IMG/VR virus record: IMGVR_UViG_3300049472_000047
Location: 1-55,232 of that record
Length of the DNA stretch: 55,232 nucleotides
DNA from: a virus
Lineage: Duplodnaviria > Caudoviricetes
Strand: one strand, 5' to 3'
Part shown: positions 9,517 through 17,858 of the stretch, one piece after another
Position numbering within the stretch: position 1 is the stretch's first letter
Layout: every line of letters starts with the position of its first letter
The notes under the pieces: generated by a model
What the model was told of the DNA's origin: nothing
What the model saw: the letters and a program-made list of their open reading frames with translations, nothing else
Database searches by the model: none
Program-made: the position numbers and the translations under genes

Positions 9517-10113
9517 ATGGCTGATTTCTTCGGCGCAAAATATTGGGCCTCGCGGTTTTTCAACCCGAAATACTGGGGTCTCGGAGAAGCGGCGCCTGAA
9601 GGCTCAATAGAAGCCAATCTGGCGGGTGTGGGAGCCCTCTCTGGGGCCATCGCCGGCACAGTTGACCTGCAGGCCGGACTGACTGGTGCGGGCTCTCTTG
9701 AAGGAACGATAGACACCCCGTCGAACGAGATGCAGGCCGACCTCATCGGCTCCTCCAGCATTGCGGCGACGATCACCTATACCGGGGAAGCAGAGGTTGT
9801 CCCCGAGATCCGCGGTGGCGGTACATCATCGGGCGCGGGCGGCCGGCGCCGCTACAAGCCGCCAAGTATTTATCCATCACCAATCGCAGCCAGCATAGAA
9901 GGCGGCACCGCGATATGGGCCACGGCAACCGCGGCGGGAAGCCTGAAGGCCGGACTGTCGGGATCCTCCGAGACCGGCGCAACAATCACCGGCGCTGCCA
10001 ATGCGGCAGTCGAGATGGAATCGCAGTCCCGTATCGCCGCAAAGGCAACAAAGACGTTCGCCGGCGCCGCCCAAAGCGCCGCTGATAATGACTTCTGGCT
10101 GATCGCGGCCTGA
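9517..10113 (+). CDS. Putative fibre-like virion protein
   Basis: Aromatic N-terminal repeat FFGAKYWASRFFNPKYWG, Gly/Ala repeats, DNDFWLIAA tail. Confidence 0.5.
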   Translation: MADFFGAKYWASRFFNPKYWGLGEAAPEGSIEANLAGVGALSGAIAGTVDLQAGLTGAGSLEGTIDTPSNEMQADLIGSSSIAATITYTGEAEVVPEIRGGGTSSGAGGRRRYKPPSIYPSPIAASIEGGTAIWATATAAGSLKAGLSGSSETGATITGAANAAVEMESQSRIAAKATKTFAGAAQSAADNDFWLIAA

Positions 10114-10127
10114 CGAAAGGAATCGAC

Positions 10128-11075
10128 ATGCCAAAGCTGTCCATTGACGAAATAATCGCCAAGCGCCGACTCAGCGCCGATGACAACGGCAACCTCTACA
10201 AGGCCGTGATCTTGGATGAGCCCGCGGTGAAGGGCTATGACGCCTCGAAGCGCAGCCAGCGTTTCGTGATGTCGTCGGAGTCCAAGGATCTCTATGGCGA
10301 CATCGTGCGCCAGGGCGGCCTCGACATCGAGAGCTTCATGAAGAACCCGGTCGCGCTGGCATATCACATGCACAGCGCACCAATCGGCACATGGTCGGAC
10401 CTCGCCAAGGTCGGCGGCAAGTCGAAGCGGACCGAGGGTACGGTCACCCTGTTCGCTGAAGGCACCACGGAACGCTCCGACGAGATCGGCCGGCTTCTCG
10501 CCGCCGGTGGTCTGCGGGCATGCTCCATCGGCTTCATGCCGTCCGAGGCGGAATGGATCCTCGACGAACAGGGCCGCAATACCTACGGCATCGAGTTTCT
10601 GGCATCCACGCTGCTGGAATGCTCGATCTGCTCCGTTCCGGCCAATCCGGATGCACTGGGCAAGGCGGCGGCCGGTGACATGCGGCTGGCAGTGGAGCTG
10701 TTTGAGGGCTTCCTCGACACCTATTGCGAGCGCACCACGGGCGGGCTGATCGTGAAGAAGCCGTTCGAGGACGCCTATTTCGAGCTGAAGGCGCCGAAAA
10801 CGGTGTCTCTGCCCCCGGAACCTGAAGCAGTCACCGTCGAACAGGTCGAATCCATGTTCTCCAAATTCACGGAAACCGTGAAGGCCATGCTCGGGATCGT
10901 CGACAAGACGCCCGAGACGGTCACCGAAAAATCCGATCCGGTTATCGAGCCGGAAGTCACAGTTTCAGAGCCGGAGTCTGCCCCTCCTGTTCTGATCAAA
11001 GGTTCGCGCGCGAAGGCCAATGCCAAAACCGCGAAACTCAGGGCGTCCTTGCGTGCCAAGGGCCTCCTGAACTGA
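10128..11075 (+). CDS. HK97-family prohead protease
   Basis: DLYGDIV, NPVALAYH, PIG, CSIGF, LLECSICSVPANPDA. Confidence 0.92.
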   Translation: MPKLSIDEIIAKRRLSADDNGNLYKAVILDEPAVKGYDASKRSQRFVMSSESKDLYGDIVRQGGLDIESFMKNPVALAYHMHSAPIGTWSDLAKVGGKSKRTEGTVTLFAEGTTERSDEIGRLLAAGGLRACSIGFMPSEAEWILDEQGRNTYGIEFLASTLLECSICSVPANPDALGKAAAGDMRLAVELFEGFLDTYCERTTGGLIVKKPFEDAYFELKAPKTVSLPPEPEAVTVEQVESMFSKFTETVKAMLGIVDKTPETVTEKSDPVIEPEVTVSEPESAPPVLIKGSRAKANAKTAKLRASLRAKGLLN

Positions 11076-11114
11076 TCCCACCCGGGAAACCAATGCCCCG
11101 GGCAGGGGCGGAAT

Positions 11115-11137
11115 AGGTCGCTTCGGCGGCCTTTTTT
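11115..11137 (+). terminator. Intrinsic terminator-like hairpin between protease and capsid genes
   Basis: AGGTCGC-TTCG-GCGGCCT followed by T run. Confidence 0.65.
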
Positions 11138-11168
11138 ATTGGCCAATCCAGATCTGAAAGGAAATCAC

Positions 11169-12488
11169 ATGACTCTGGAACAGCTTCGCGCCGCGCTTGC
11201 CAAGCATCTCGGCGCACTCGACGACTTCGAGAAGTCGATCGTCGACGAAAGTGGCGAAGCCCGCGAATATTCCGCGGACGAACTCGTCAAACTCGAAGAA
11301 CTGACCGCTGCTGTGGAGCAGGCTGAAAAGTCCGTTGCCGCGAAGGAGCGTTCGGAAAAGGCTCGCGCCGCCGCTGGCGCCGCGACCCCGGCCGACGGCA
11401 ACGCCGGCAAGGTGCCTGCACAGGTCAAGGACGAGAAGCGATTCAAGTCCTTCGGCGAACAGCTTCAGGCCATCGTCAATGCTGGCATGAACAAGGGCGT
11501 CTCCCCGGATCCCCGCCTGATCTACCAGAAGGCATCGGGCGCCAACGAGGCGGTCCCGTCGGAGGGCGGCTTCCTCGTCCAGACCGACTTCTCGACCGAA
11601 CTCATGGGCCTCATGCACGAAATGGGTCAGGTCGTCGCCCGCGTCCGCAAGATTCCGATCTCGGGTAATTCCAACGGAATCAAGCTGCCGGCGATCAACG
11701 AGACCAGCCGTGCCACCGGTTCCCGCTTCGGCGGCATCCGCGGCTACTGGGCATCGGAAGGCAACACCGTTACCTCCTCGAAGCCGGCGTTCCGCTCCAT
11801 CGAACTCGGCTTGGAAAAGCTGATGGCGATTGGCTACGCAACGGACGAACTCCTTGCCGACGCGGTCGCGATGGAAGCGATCTACAAGCAGGGCATGGCG
11901 GAAGAACTGACCTTCCTCGTCGAAAACGCGATCTATTCCGGCACCGGCTCGGGCCAGCCCTTGGGCTTCCTGAATTCGGGCGCGCTGGTCACCGTCTCGA
12001 AAGAGGGTGGTCAGGCAGCCAATACGGTTGTCTCCGCCAACGTCCTGAAGATGGTCGCCCGTCTCCCGGCCCGCTCGATGCGCAACTCGGTCTGGCTCAT
12101 CAATCAGGACATCCTGCCACAGCTCTGGTCGCTGACCATCGGCTCCGGCACGGCGACGCACCTGATGTTTGCGCCTCCGGGCCTGACCGGCGACAACGTC
12201 AACGCGCCTTGGGGCACGCTGATGGGCCGTCCGGTGATCCCGGTCGAGTACGCCTCGACCCTCGGCACCGTCGGCGACATCGCGCTTGTGGATCTGTCTC
12301 AGTACCTGATGATCGACAAGGGTGGACCGGCCGCTGCGGAATCGATGCACGTCCGCTTCCTCTACGAGGAAATGACGTTCCGCATCACCTACCGCGTCGA
12401 CGGTCAGCCGGCATGGAACACGCCGATGACCCCGTTCAAGGGTTCGGCTACCCAGTCGCCGTTCATCGTGCTCGAAACGCGCAGCTAA
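11169..12488 (+). CDS. Major capsid protein (HK97 fold, delta domain)
   Basis: Coiled-coil N-terminus, EGGFLV, W.SEG, G.G.GQP.G.LN, TLMGRPV, FR...R.DG; RBS GAAAGGA. Confidence 0.96.
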   Translation: MTLEQLRAALAKHLGALDDFEKSIVDESGEAREYSADELVKLEELTAAVEQAEKSVAAKERSEKARAAAGAATPADGNAGKVPAQVKDEKRFKSFGEQLQAIVNAGMNKGVSPDPRLIYQKASGANEAVPSEGGFLVQTDFSTELMGLMHEMGQVVARVRKIPISGNSNGIKLPAINETSRATGSRFGGIRGYWASEGNTVTSSKPAFRSIELGLEKLMAIGYATDELLADAVAMEAIYKQGMAEELTFLVENAIYSGTGSGQPLGFLNSGALVTVSKEGGQAANTVVSANVLKMVARLPARSMRNSVWLINQDILPQLWSLTIGSGTATHLMFAPPGLTGDNVNAPWGTLMGRPVIPVEYASTLGTVGDIALVDLSQYLMIDKGGPAAAESMHVRFLYEEMTFRITYRVDGQPAWNTPMTPFKGSATQSPFIVLETRS

Positions 12489-12553
12489 CCGATTGAAGGG
12501 GCGGCCACGGTCGCCCTTTCACCCTTCCCCCCTTTCTGAACAGGAGAAACCCC

Positions 12554-13024
12554 ATGAAGGGCCTCGTACTTTCCGAGATCGGCCACATCGTCAATGCGCT
12601 GCCGCCGATCGACATCACCGGCGGCGTAACGGCCGACCGTTTCCGCATGAAGAACTTCAAGCATGCCACGATCATCGTGCAGATCGGCGTCTCCGCCGCG
12701 GCCTTCACGAAGATCATCGTGCGCGAGTGCAACGCGGCGACCTCTGGCACGGCAACGGACATCGCGTTCGCCCTGCGTGCCGAAGAAACCGATGCAGGCG
12801 ATACCCTTGGTGCAGTGGAGGCAGTTGCAGCCGCCGGCAAGACGCCGTCGGCGAACAACAACATCTTCTACGTCATCGAAATCGATGCCGCACAGCTCAC
12901 CGACGGTTTCGAGTGGATCGAGGTCGCACTGACCAACGGTGCCAACTCGGTCATCGGTTCCGTGGTCGCCGTCCTCACCGGACAGCGTTACCAGGAAGCA
13001 CTGACGGCCACTGCAATCGCATAA
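12554..13024 (+). CDS. Putative head-associated structural protein
   Basis: Directly after MCP, RBS AGGAG, beta-rich. Confidence 0.55.
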   Translation: MKGLVLSEIGHIVNALPPIDITGGVTADRFRMKNFKHATIIVQIGVSAAAFTKIIVRECNAATSGTATDIAFALRAEETDAGDTLGAVEAVAAAGKTPSANNNIFYVIEIDAAQLTDGFEWIEVALTNGANSVIGSVVAVLTGQRYQEALTATAIA

Positions 13025-13137
13025 TCTGCGAAGGCATGACTCTGGAAATAGGGCCCGGCTTCACCGCCGGGCCTCACTCTTTCGCCGGTTCCATTACGCT
13101 CCATTAAATGGGCCCAGCCAAACAGCGAGGACAAAAT

Positions 13138-13746
13138 ATGCGCCAAGTCGTTACCCTTGTCGGCCTCAACGCCGGCACCGTGATCTGGATGGATGACATC
13201 GTCGCCCAGACCTGCATCGACACCGGAACGGCTCGTTGGCCGTCCGCCGAAGATTTCGAATCCGAGGAATCGGGCGAGGAGCAGTCTGAGGCGCCGGTCG
13301 ACGCCAAGGATCTGGCCCTGAAGTTTGAAAGTGGGAAACTTATCGTCGTCGGCGAATGGCCGGAGCGGCTGAGGATCACATCCAAGCTCGCCAGCCTTCC
13401 ACAGACCGTAAAGTCTGAAGGCGGGCAGATCCATTTCGCGTTCGATCGCAAGGCGACATACCGCATGATTGCGGAGGAGCGCGGCGAGATCATCGGCGTC
13501 CTGGAAAGCGGTGAGCCCGCCCCGGCAGAAGCCGTCGAGGAAGTCGTCGACGGTGAAGCCGAAATCGTCGAGGAAGTTGCTGAGGCGGGCGTGATCCCGG
13601 CTGATTGGCGCGACCTCCACTGGAAGCGCAGGATCAAGCTGGCATCCGAGATCCTTGGTGAGCCGGTGGAGACCGTCGAGGACGCCGCCCTGATCATCGA
13701 GGCAGCGGAGAGCGAGATCCAGCGGGCCACCGCGGATGAAGCCTAA
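13138..13746 (+). CDS. Acidic hypothetical protein
   Basis: RBS GAGGA; C-terminal IPADWRDLHW motif. Confidence 0.55.
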   Translation: MRQVVTLVGLNAGTVIWMDDIVAQTCIDTGTARWPSAEDFESEESGEEQSEAPVDAKDLALKFESGKLIVVGEWPERLRITSKLASLPQTVKSEGGQIHFAFDRKATYRMIAEERGEIIGVLESGEPAPAEAVEEVVDGEAEIVEEVAEAGVIPADWRDLHWKRRIKLASEILGEPVETVEDAALIIEAAESEIQRATADEA

Positions 13747-13848
13747 GCGGATCCGCAAACCCAAGAAATTGGCGAAGCCGGTCCCCGATCTCAAGAAGCG
13801 GCCCCTTCCCAGCCGAATCGCCGGCTACCTGACCACGCAGATGACGAG

Positions 13849-14502
13849 ATGGTGGACGCGATGATCACAGCCAAGGAAATGAGGCTCGCGCAGGCCGCGG
13901 AAACAGCACCGGTTGAGGCCCAAATCCTTATCATCCTGCCGGTGGCCGATTTCAAGACGGAGCACCGGATTACGCATTCCGCTGAGGACAACAAGATCAC
14001 GGATTGCATCAAGGAAGCCTATTACCGGATCGATGGTCCGAAGGGCTCCTTGAACCGAGCAATCCTGACGCAGACATGGAAGGGCGTCATCGACGAATTC
14101 GATGACATCATCGAGATCCCGCTTCCCGTGCTCCAGTCCGTGACGCAGGTCCGTTACAGGAACACCGATGGCGACTGGACGGTCCTGAGCACCGACATCT
14201 ATGGCGTCTCCACCTATGGCTTGTTCGGCTGGGTCTATCTAAAGACGGATCAGATCTGGCCGGAGCTTCATACCGAACCCGGGTCTGTCGAGATCACGTT
14301 TGTTGCCGGATGGGGCGCCGGGGCCGACATCCTCACCAAGGCCTACGGGATCCGCAAGGCCATGAAGCTGCTCGCCGGGCATTTCTACTACAATGCCACC
14401 CCGACATTTGTTGAGCCCCGACTCGTCGAGGTTCCGCGCAAGATCTGGTTTGGTCTCGAGTACGTCCTTGGCCAATACCGGATCCGGAACGATCCGTCAT
14501 GA
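13849..14502 (+). CDS. Head-tail connector/adaptor (gp6-like)
   Basis: K.EHRI...ED..I, RAILTQTW, IPLP.LQSVT.V.Y, ITFVAGWG, AMKLLAGHFY. Confidence 0.85.
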   Translation: MVDAMITAKEMRLAQAAETAPVEAQILIILPVADFKTEHRITHSAEDNKITDCIKEAYYRIDGPKGSLNRAILTQTWKGVIDEFDDIIEIPLPVLQSVTQVRYRNTDGDWTVLSTDIYGVSTYGLFGWVYLKTDQIWPELHTEPGSVEITFVAGWGAGADILTKAYGIRKAMKLLAGHFYYNATPTFVEPRLVEVPRKIWFGLEYVLGQYRIRNDPS

Positions 14503-14885
14503 GCATGATCACGGGGCGCCGGCGGCCCTGTCTCGTCGTGTTCCAGAGCTTCAGCACCGTCGATGGTCAGTTTGGCTTGACGAAAACATGGTCGGAATTC
14601 TGCCGGGCATGGGTCAATATCGAGCCGGAGCGCGGCCGCGAACAGGTCTATGCCAACGAACGGGAGTCGGTGGCGACTCATGTCGTCAGGGGGGACTATC
14701 TCGATCTCCTCAATGTCACCGCCCAGATGCGGATGGTCTACCATCCGGACATGGCCTACGGCACGATCCCCGCGGGCTCCGAGGTCTATGAGATCCTGGC
14801 GGTGATGCCGACCCTCAACGACAAGACGGACACCGTGATCCGCGTCGAGAAGGAAGGCCGGACCTATGGCCAGATCTCAGGTTAA
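14499..14885 (+). CDS. Head closure/head-tail joining protein
   Basis: W....AWVNIEP..GRE, MR.VY, YEI.AV; synteny. Confidence 0.8.
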   Translation: MSMITGRRRPCLVVFQSFSTVDGQFGLTKTWSEFCRAWVNIEPERGREQVYANERESVATHVVRGDYLDLLNVTAQMRMVYHPDMAYGTIPAGSEVYEILAVMPTLNDKTDTVIRVEKEGRTYGQISG

Positions 14886-15336
14886 AGGCATCAAGCCGAC
14901 CGCCAACGCTATCCGGCGCATGACATCTGTTGCGAGACCAATCCATGAGGCTTCAAGGTTCGCCCTGCAGCCCATGCTGAAAACGGCGAAGGCCAATCTG
15001 TCGACGTATAAACCGAATCGGTATGAGCCCGGCCCGAACGTGGTCACAGGCAAGCTGAAAAAGGGCCTCTCGGTCCGGCTGTTGTCCAAGAAAAACGGCG
15101 TCTCCCAGCATGCCGTTTCCGCCACGGGCAAGGGCATCAAGACCGCCCATTTCGTCGAATTCGGCACGGATCCGCATTGGCAGCCGCGTCGTAGGCGCAT
15201 GCATCCCGGCGCACAGCCGTTCCCGTTCCTGACCCCGGCCTATCACAAGCACGACATGGAAGCGGTCCGCCGCTTCGGTCAGCGCATTGGTGGTGCACTG
15301 GAGAACCAAGCCAGAAGGGTGAGGGCCAAGAAATGA
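14866..15336 (+). CDS. HK97 gp10-family tail component
   Basis: TGKLKK, HFVEFGT, PFPFLTPAY. Confidence 0.85.
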   Translation: MARSQVKGIKPTANAIRRMTSVARPIHEASRFALQPMLKTAKANLSTYKPNRYEPGPNVVTGKLKKGLSVRLLSKKNGVSQHAVSATGKGIKTAHFVEFGTDPHWQPRRRRMHPGAQPFPFLTPAYHKHDMEAVRRFGQRIGGALENQARRVRAKK

Positions 15337-15731
15337 TCGTCCTCACCGCACTGCGCAAAGTCTTGCAGGATGACGCACAGGTCTCGGGTTATGCGACCGG
15401 CGGCATCTATTTCCTCGAGGTCGCGCAAGACGCGGCCCGGCCCAACGTCATGCTGATGACCATGACCGGGTCAGATGATTGGACCCATCAGGGCCCCGAC
15501 AATCTCAATCAGGATGTGGTCAGGATCTACAGCCGCGGCGACTCCGCGGAGCAGGCGATCGTACTGGCGGAACGGGTCCGGACCGCGATCAATGGCTATG
15601 TCGAGGCCGCCGCCCGCTATGGCATCGCGATCGACCTGGTCCAGCACATCAACACCACAGGAGACTACCAGGATGGCGCCAAGGTATTCCGCCAAATCGA
15701 TGACTACAGAGTCACCTATCGGCGTGACTGA
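15333..15731 (+). CDS. Tail terminator/completion protein (DUF3168-like)
   Basis: Synteny before major tail protein; size and pattern. Confidence 0.7.
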   Translation: MIVLTALRKVLQDDAQVSGYATGGIYFLEVAQDAARPNVMLMTMTGSDDWTHQGPDNLNQDVVRIYSRGDSAEQAIVLAERVRTAINGYVEAAARYGIAIDLVQHINTTGDYQDGAKVFRQIDDYRVTYRRD

Positions 15732-15918
15732 GGCGTCGCCAGAAATACCGGTGGAAGCGCCGGTTGAAGAAGCCAAGGCGGAGATCCCGCTGCCGGCCGG
15801 TATAGTCGCAACGCAATGGGCAGGTATCCCGATGTGGCACTGCACGCGCTGCGGCGTTGACACCTTCGATGAGAAGGTGGCTCGGGATCACGTCTGCAAC
15901 CCCTTCCACATTCGCTAA
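15724..15918 (+). CDS. Small zinc-finger-like protein
   Basis: GTG start overlapping previous gene; WHCTRC...HVC. Confidence 0.45.
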   Translation: MTEASPEIPVEAPVEEAKAEIPLPAGIVATQWAGIPMWHCTRCGVDTFDEKVARDHVCNPFHIR

Positions 15919-15930
15919 AGGAGATAGCCC

Positions 15931-16368
15931 ATGACTACGGCAGCACGCCTTGGCTACGGCACCAAGCTCAAAATGGGCGATGGCGCCACGCCGACCGAAG
16001 CCTTCACCGAAATCGCGGAAATCAAGTCCCTCGAGGACTCGGATTCGGCGGAGCAGGTCGAGGTCACCAATCACCAGTCCGCCGGCTCGCGCCGCGAATA
16101 CATCAACGGTCTGATCGATGGTGACGAGATCACCTTCACGGTCAACTACGATCCGGATGGTGCGACCCACAACAACATCACCGGCCTTCGCTCCAAGGTC
16201 GGTGGCGCCGCGGTCAACTTCCAGCTCGAAGAACCCGGCAACACCCTTGGCATGCAGTTCGCGGCTCTGGTCATGAGCTGTGGCCGGTCCTATCCGGTTG
16301 ACGCTGCCATGGAAATGCAGGTCACCCTGAAAAAGACTGGCGCCGTAACGACCTATACGGTGTCGTAA
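15931..16368 (+). CDS. Major tail (tube) protein
   Basis: GYGTKL, FTEIAEI, VEVTNHQS, REYINGLIDG, lambda gpV-like; RBS AAGGAG. Confidence 0.9.
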   Translation: MTTAARLGYGTKLKMGDGATPTEAFTEIAEIKSLEDSDSAEQVEVTNHQSAGSRREYINGLIDGDEITFTVNYDPDGATHNNITGLRSKVGGAAVNFQLEEPGNTLGMQFAALVMSCGRSYPVDAAMEMQVTLKKTGAVTTYTVS

Positions 16369-16369
16369 T

Positions 16370-16789
16370 ATGCTGAAGAACAAAGGTGAAGTGCCCTTCC
16401 CGGTTGCCGGGGAGGGCGTTTTCTTGCGTTTCACGCTGACCGACATCGGCGAACTGGAACAGATCTACGGCATCGGCGAGTATCTCCGGACCATCGACTC
16501 CAACATCTCGGAAGGGTCTGGATCGACCCTACTGAAATGTCTCGAGATCGGGCTGAAGCGCAGAGATGACGCCGGCAAGATGCTCCGGGTCAACATGGAC
16601 CCCGATGACATCTCCTTCCCTGTTGTAGAGGCCCATGAGCCCGTCATGGATGCGCTCTGCCTCTCCGTCTCCAATCTGACCTATCGCGAGACCCTCGAGG
16701 AAATCGCGAAGCGCCAGGCTGAGATCGAAGCCCAATTCAAAGAGGCTTCGGAGGACTCCGACAACCCTTTGCCGGTTACCGGGGCGTAG
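16370..16789 (+). CDS. Tail assembly chaperone (gpG)
   Basis: After major tail protein; slippery site near 3' end. Confidence 0.8.
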   Translation: MLKNKGEVPFPVAGEGVFLRFTLTDIGELEQIYGIGEYLRTIDSNISEGSGSTLLKCLEIGLKRRDDAGKMLRVNMDPDDISFPVVEAHEPVMDALCLSVSNLTYRETLEEIAKRQAEIEAQFKEASEDSDNPLPVTGA

Positions 16790-17067
16790 AGCGTTACGAG
16801 GCCATCGGCTACCGCGCTGGATTGCGGCCTGCTGAGGTCTGGGATCTCACTCCCCGGGAGATCGTCCGGTACGCCACTGTTATGGCGGCCAAGGACACCG
16901 AGAAGCACCGTCAACTGGTGAGTCTCGAATACATGAATGCTGGACTCCAGCGCGCCAAGAAGATGCCGTCGCTCCGTGACCTGTTGCGGACCGGCAATGA
17001 GAAGCCGCCGTCACTGGCGGAGATCATGGCGCGACTCGAGAAAAAGAAGCCGGCGGAGGATGGCTAA
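16765..17067 (+). CDS. Tail chaperone frameshift extension (gpGT) via -1 slip at C-CCT-TTG
   Basis: XXXYYYZ heptamer at 16765-16771 in the correct phase; -1 frame open to 17067 (GLRPAEVWDLTPREI). Confidence 0.8.
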   Translation, partial: PFAGYRGVERYEAIGYRAGLRPAEVWDLTPREIVRYATVMAAKDTEKHRQLVSLEYMNAGLQRAKKMPSLRDLLRTGNEKPPSLAEIMARLEKKKPAEDG

Positions 17068-17789
17068 TCCTTGAGATGGGTCCAGCGGCGTCCGTTCTGG
17101 ATGTCGTAGACCTGTTTTCGGGAGACGCCGAACTTCTCCGCCAATTCCATGCCGGTCACCTTGCCGTGCATCTTTCGGATGAACCGGACATCGTCGGGCG
17201 TAAGCCTTGTGTGTGGGAGATCGCGGGATCGGGCAACCGTCCCGTGGTCGTCCGCGTCCTTCATGTTTTCTTTCTGCGTTCCCCATCGCAAATGGCGGGG
17301 ATTAATGCAGCCAAGATGACCGCGGCCGCATGAGTGGAGTGCCCCATGCTTTGGGCTGGGGCGGGGTCCGTTGACTATCTCGCACATCACCTGATGGGCC
17401 TTCCTGCGCCGGCCCTGATGCCAGATGATTCCGTAGCCGTGCTCGTTCTTTGAAGCGAATGGCCACAGGACGCATTCATTCCCTGTGAAATTGACATGCG
17501 CGAATAGAAACTCGGGGAGCGCGCCCGTCGGCGCCGTTTTCGTTTTCAGCGGATCACCATGGGCGCGCCACCGCTGGTAATGCTTGGCGCACCATCCATT
17601 CTGCTTGACGAAACGGTCACAGCCATCGACCGCACAGATCGTTGCATCGGTTCGTGCTCGGGCGATCTGCTTCAGATTAATGGCCGGGTCGCCATGCTTC
17701 AGTAGCCGGGTGTAGTGCATCGAGCACATGCCCTTCGTTCTCGCCGGTTTCTGACAGTCGGCAAAGCTGCACAACTTTGGATGCGTCAT
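17064..17789 (-). CDS. HNH homing endonuclease, antisense insertion in the tail operon
   Basis: Two C..xC...GxC..HY repeats, C..W, GYG, HSC...CINPRHLRWGT..EN, C-terminal HTH; RBS AAGGAG. Confidence 0.88.
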   Translation of the reverse strand: MTHPKLCSFADCQKPARTKGMCSMHYTRLLKHGDPAINLKQIARARTDATICAVDGCDRFVKQNGWCAKHYQRWRAHGDPLKTKTAPTGALPEFLFAHVNFTGNECVLWPFASKNEHGYGIIWHQGRRRKAHQVMCEIVNGPRPSPKHGALHSCGRGHLGCINPRHLRWGTQKENMKDADDHGTVARSRDLPHTRLTPDDVRFIRKMHGKVTGMELAEKFGVSRKQVYDIQNGRRWTHLKD

Positions 17790-17858
17790 ACATTCTCCTT
17801 TCTGTTGAAAGGATGATAGTAGCTTAACGCGCATCAAATTACAATAGGAGTGCTAACT

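Noticed and set aside
5060-12350. Long minus-strand ORFs (5060-6397, 7767-8714, 11136-12350)
   Set aside because: Antisense shadows of GC-rich genes; no motifs. The same applies to 21968-22951 and 23216-24718
13736-13864. 42-aa basic ORF MKPKRIRKPKK before the head-tail adaptor
   Set aside because: Plausible but unsupported by any motif
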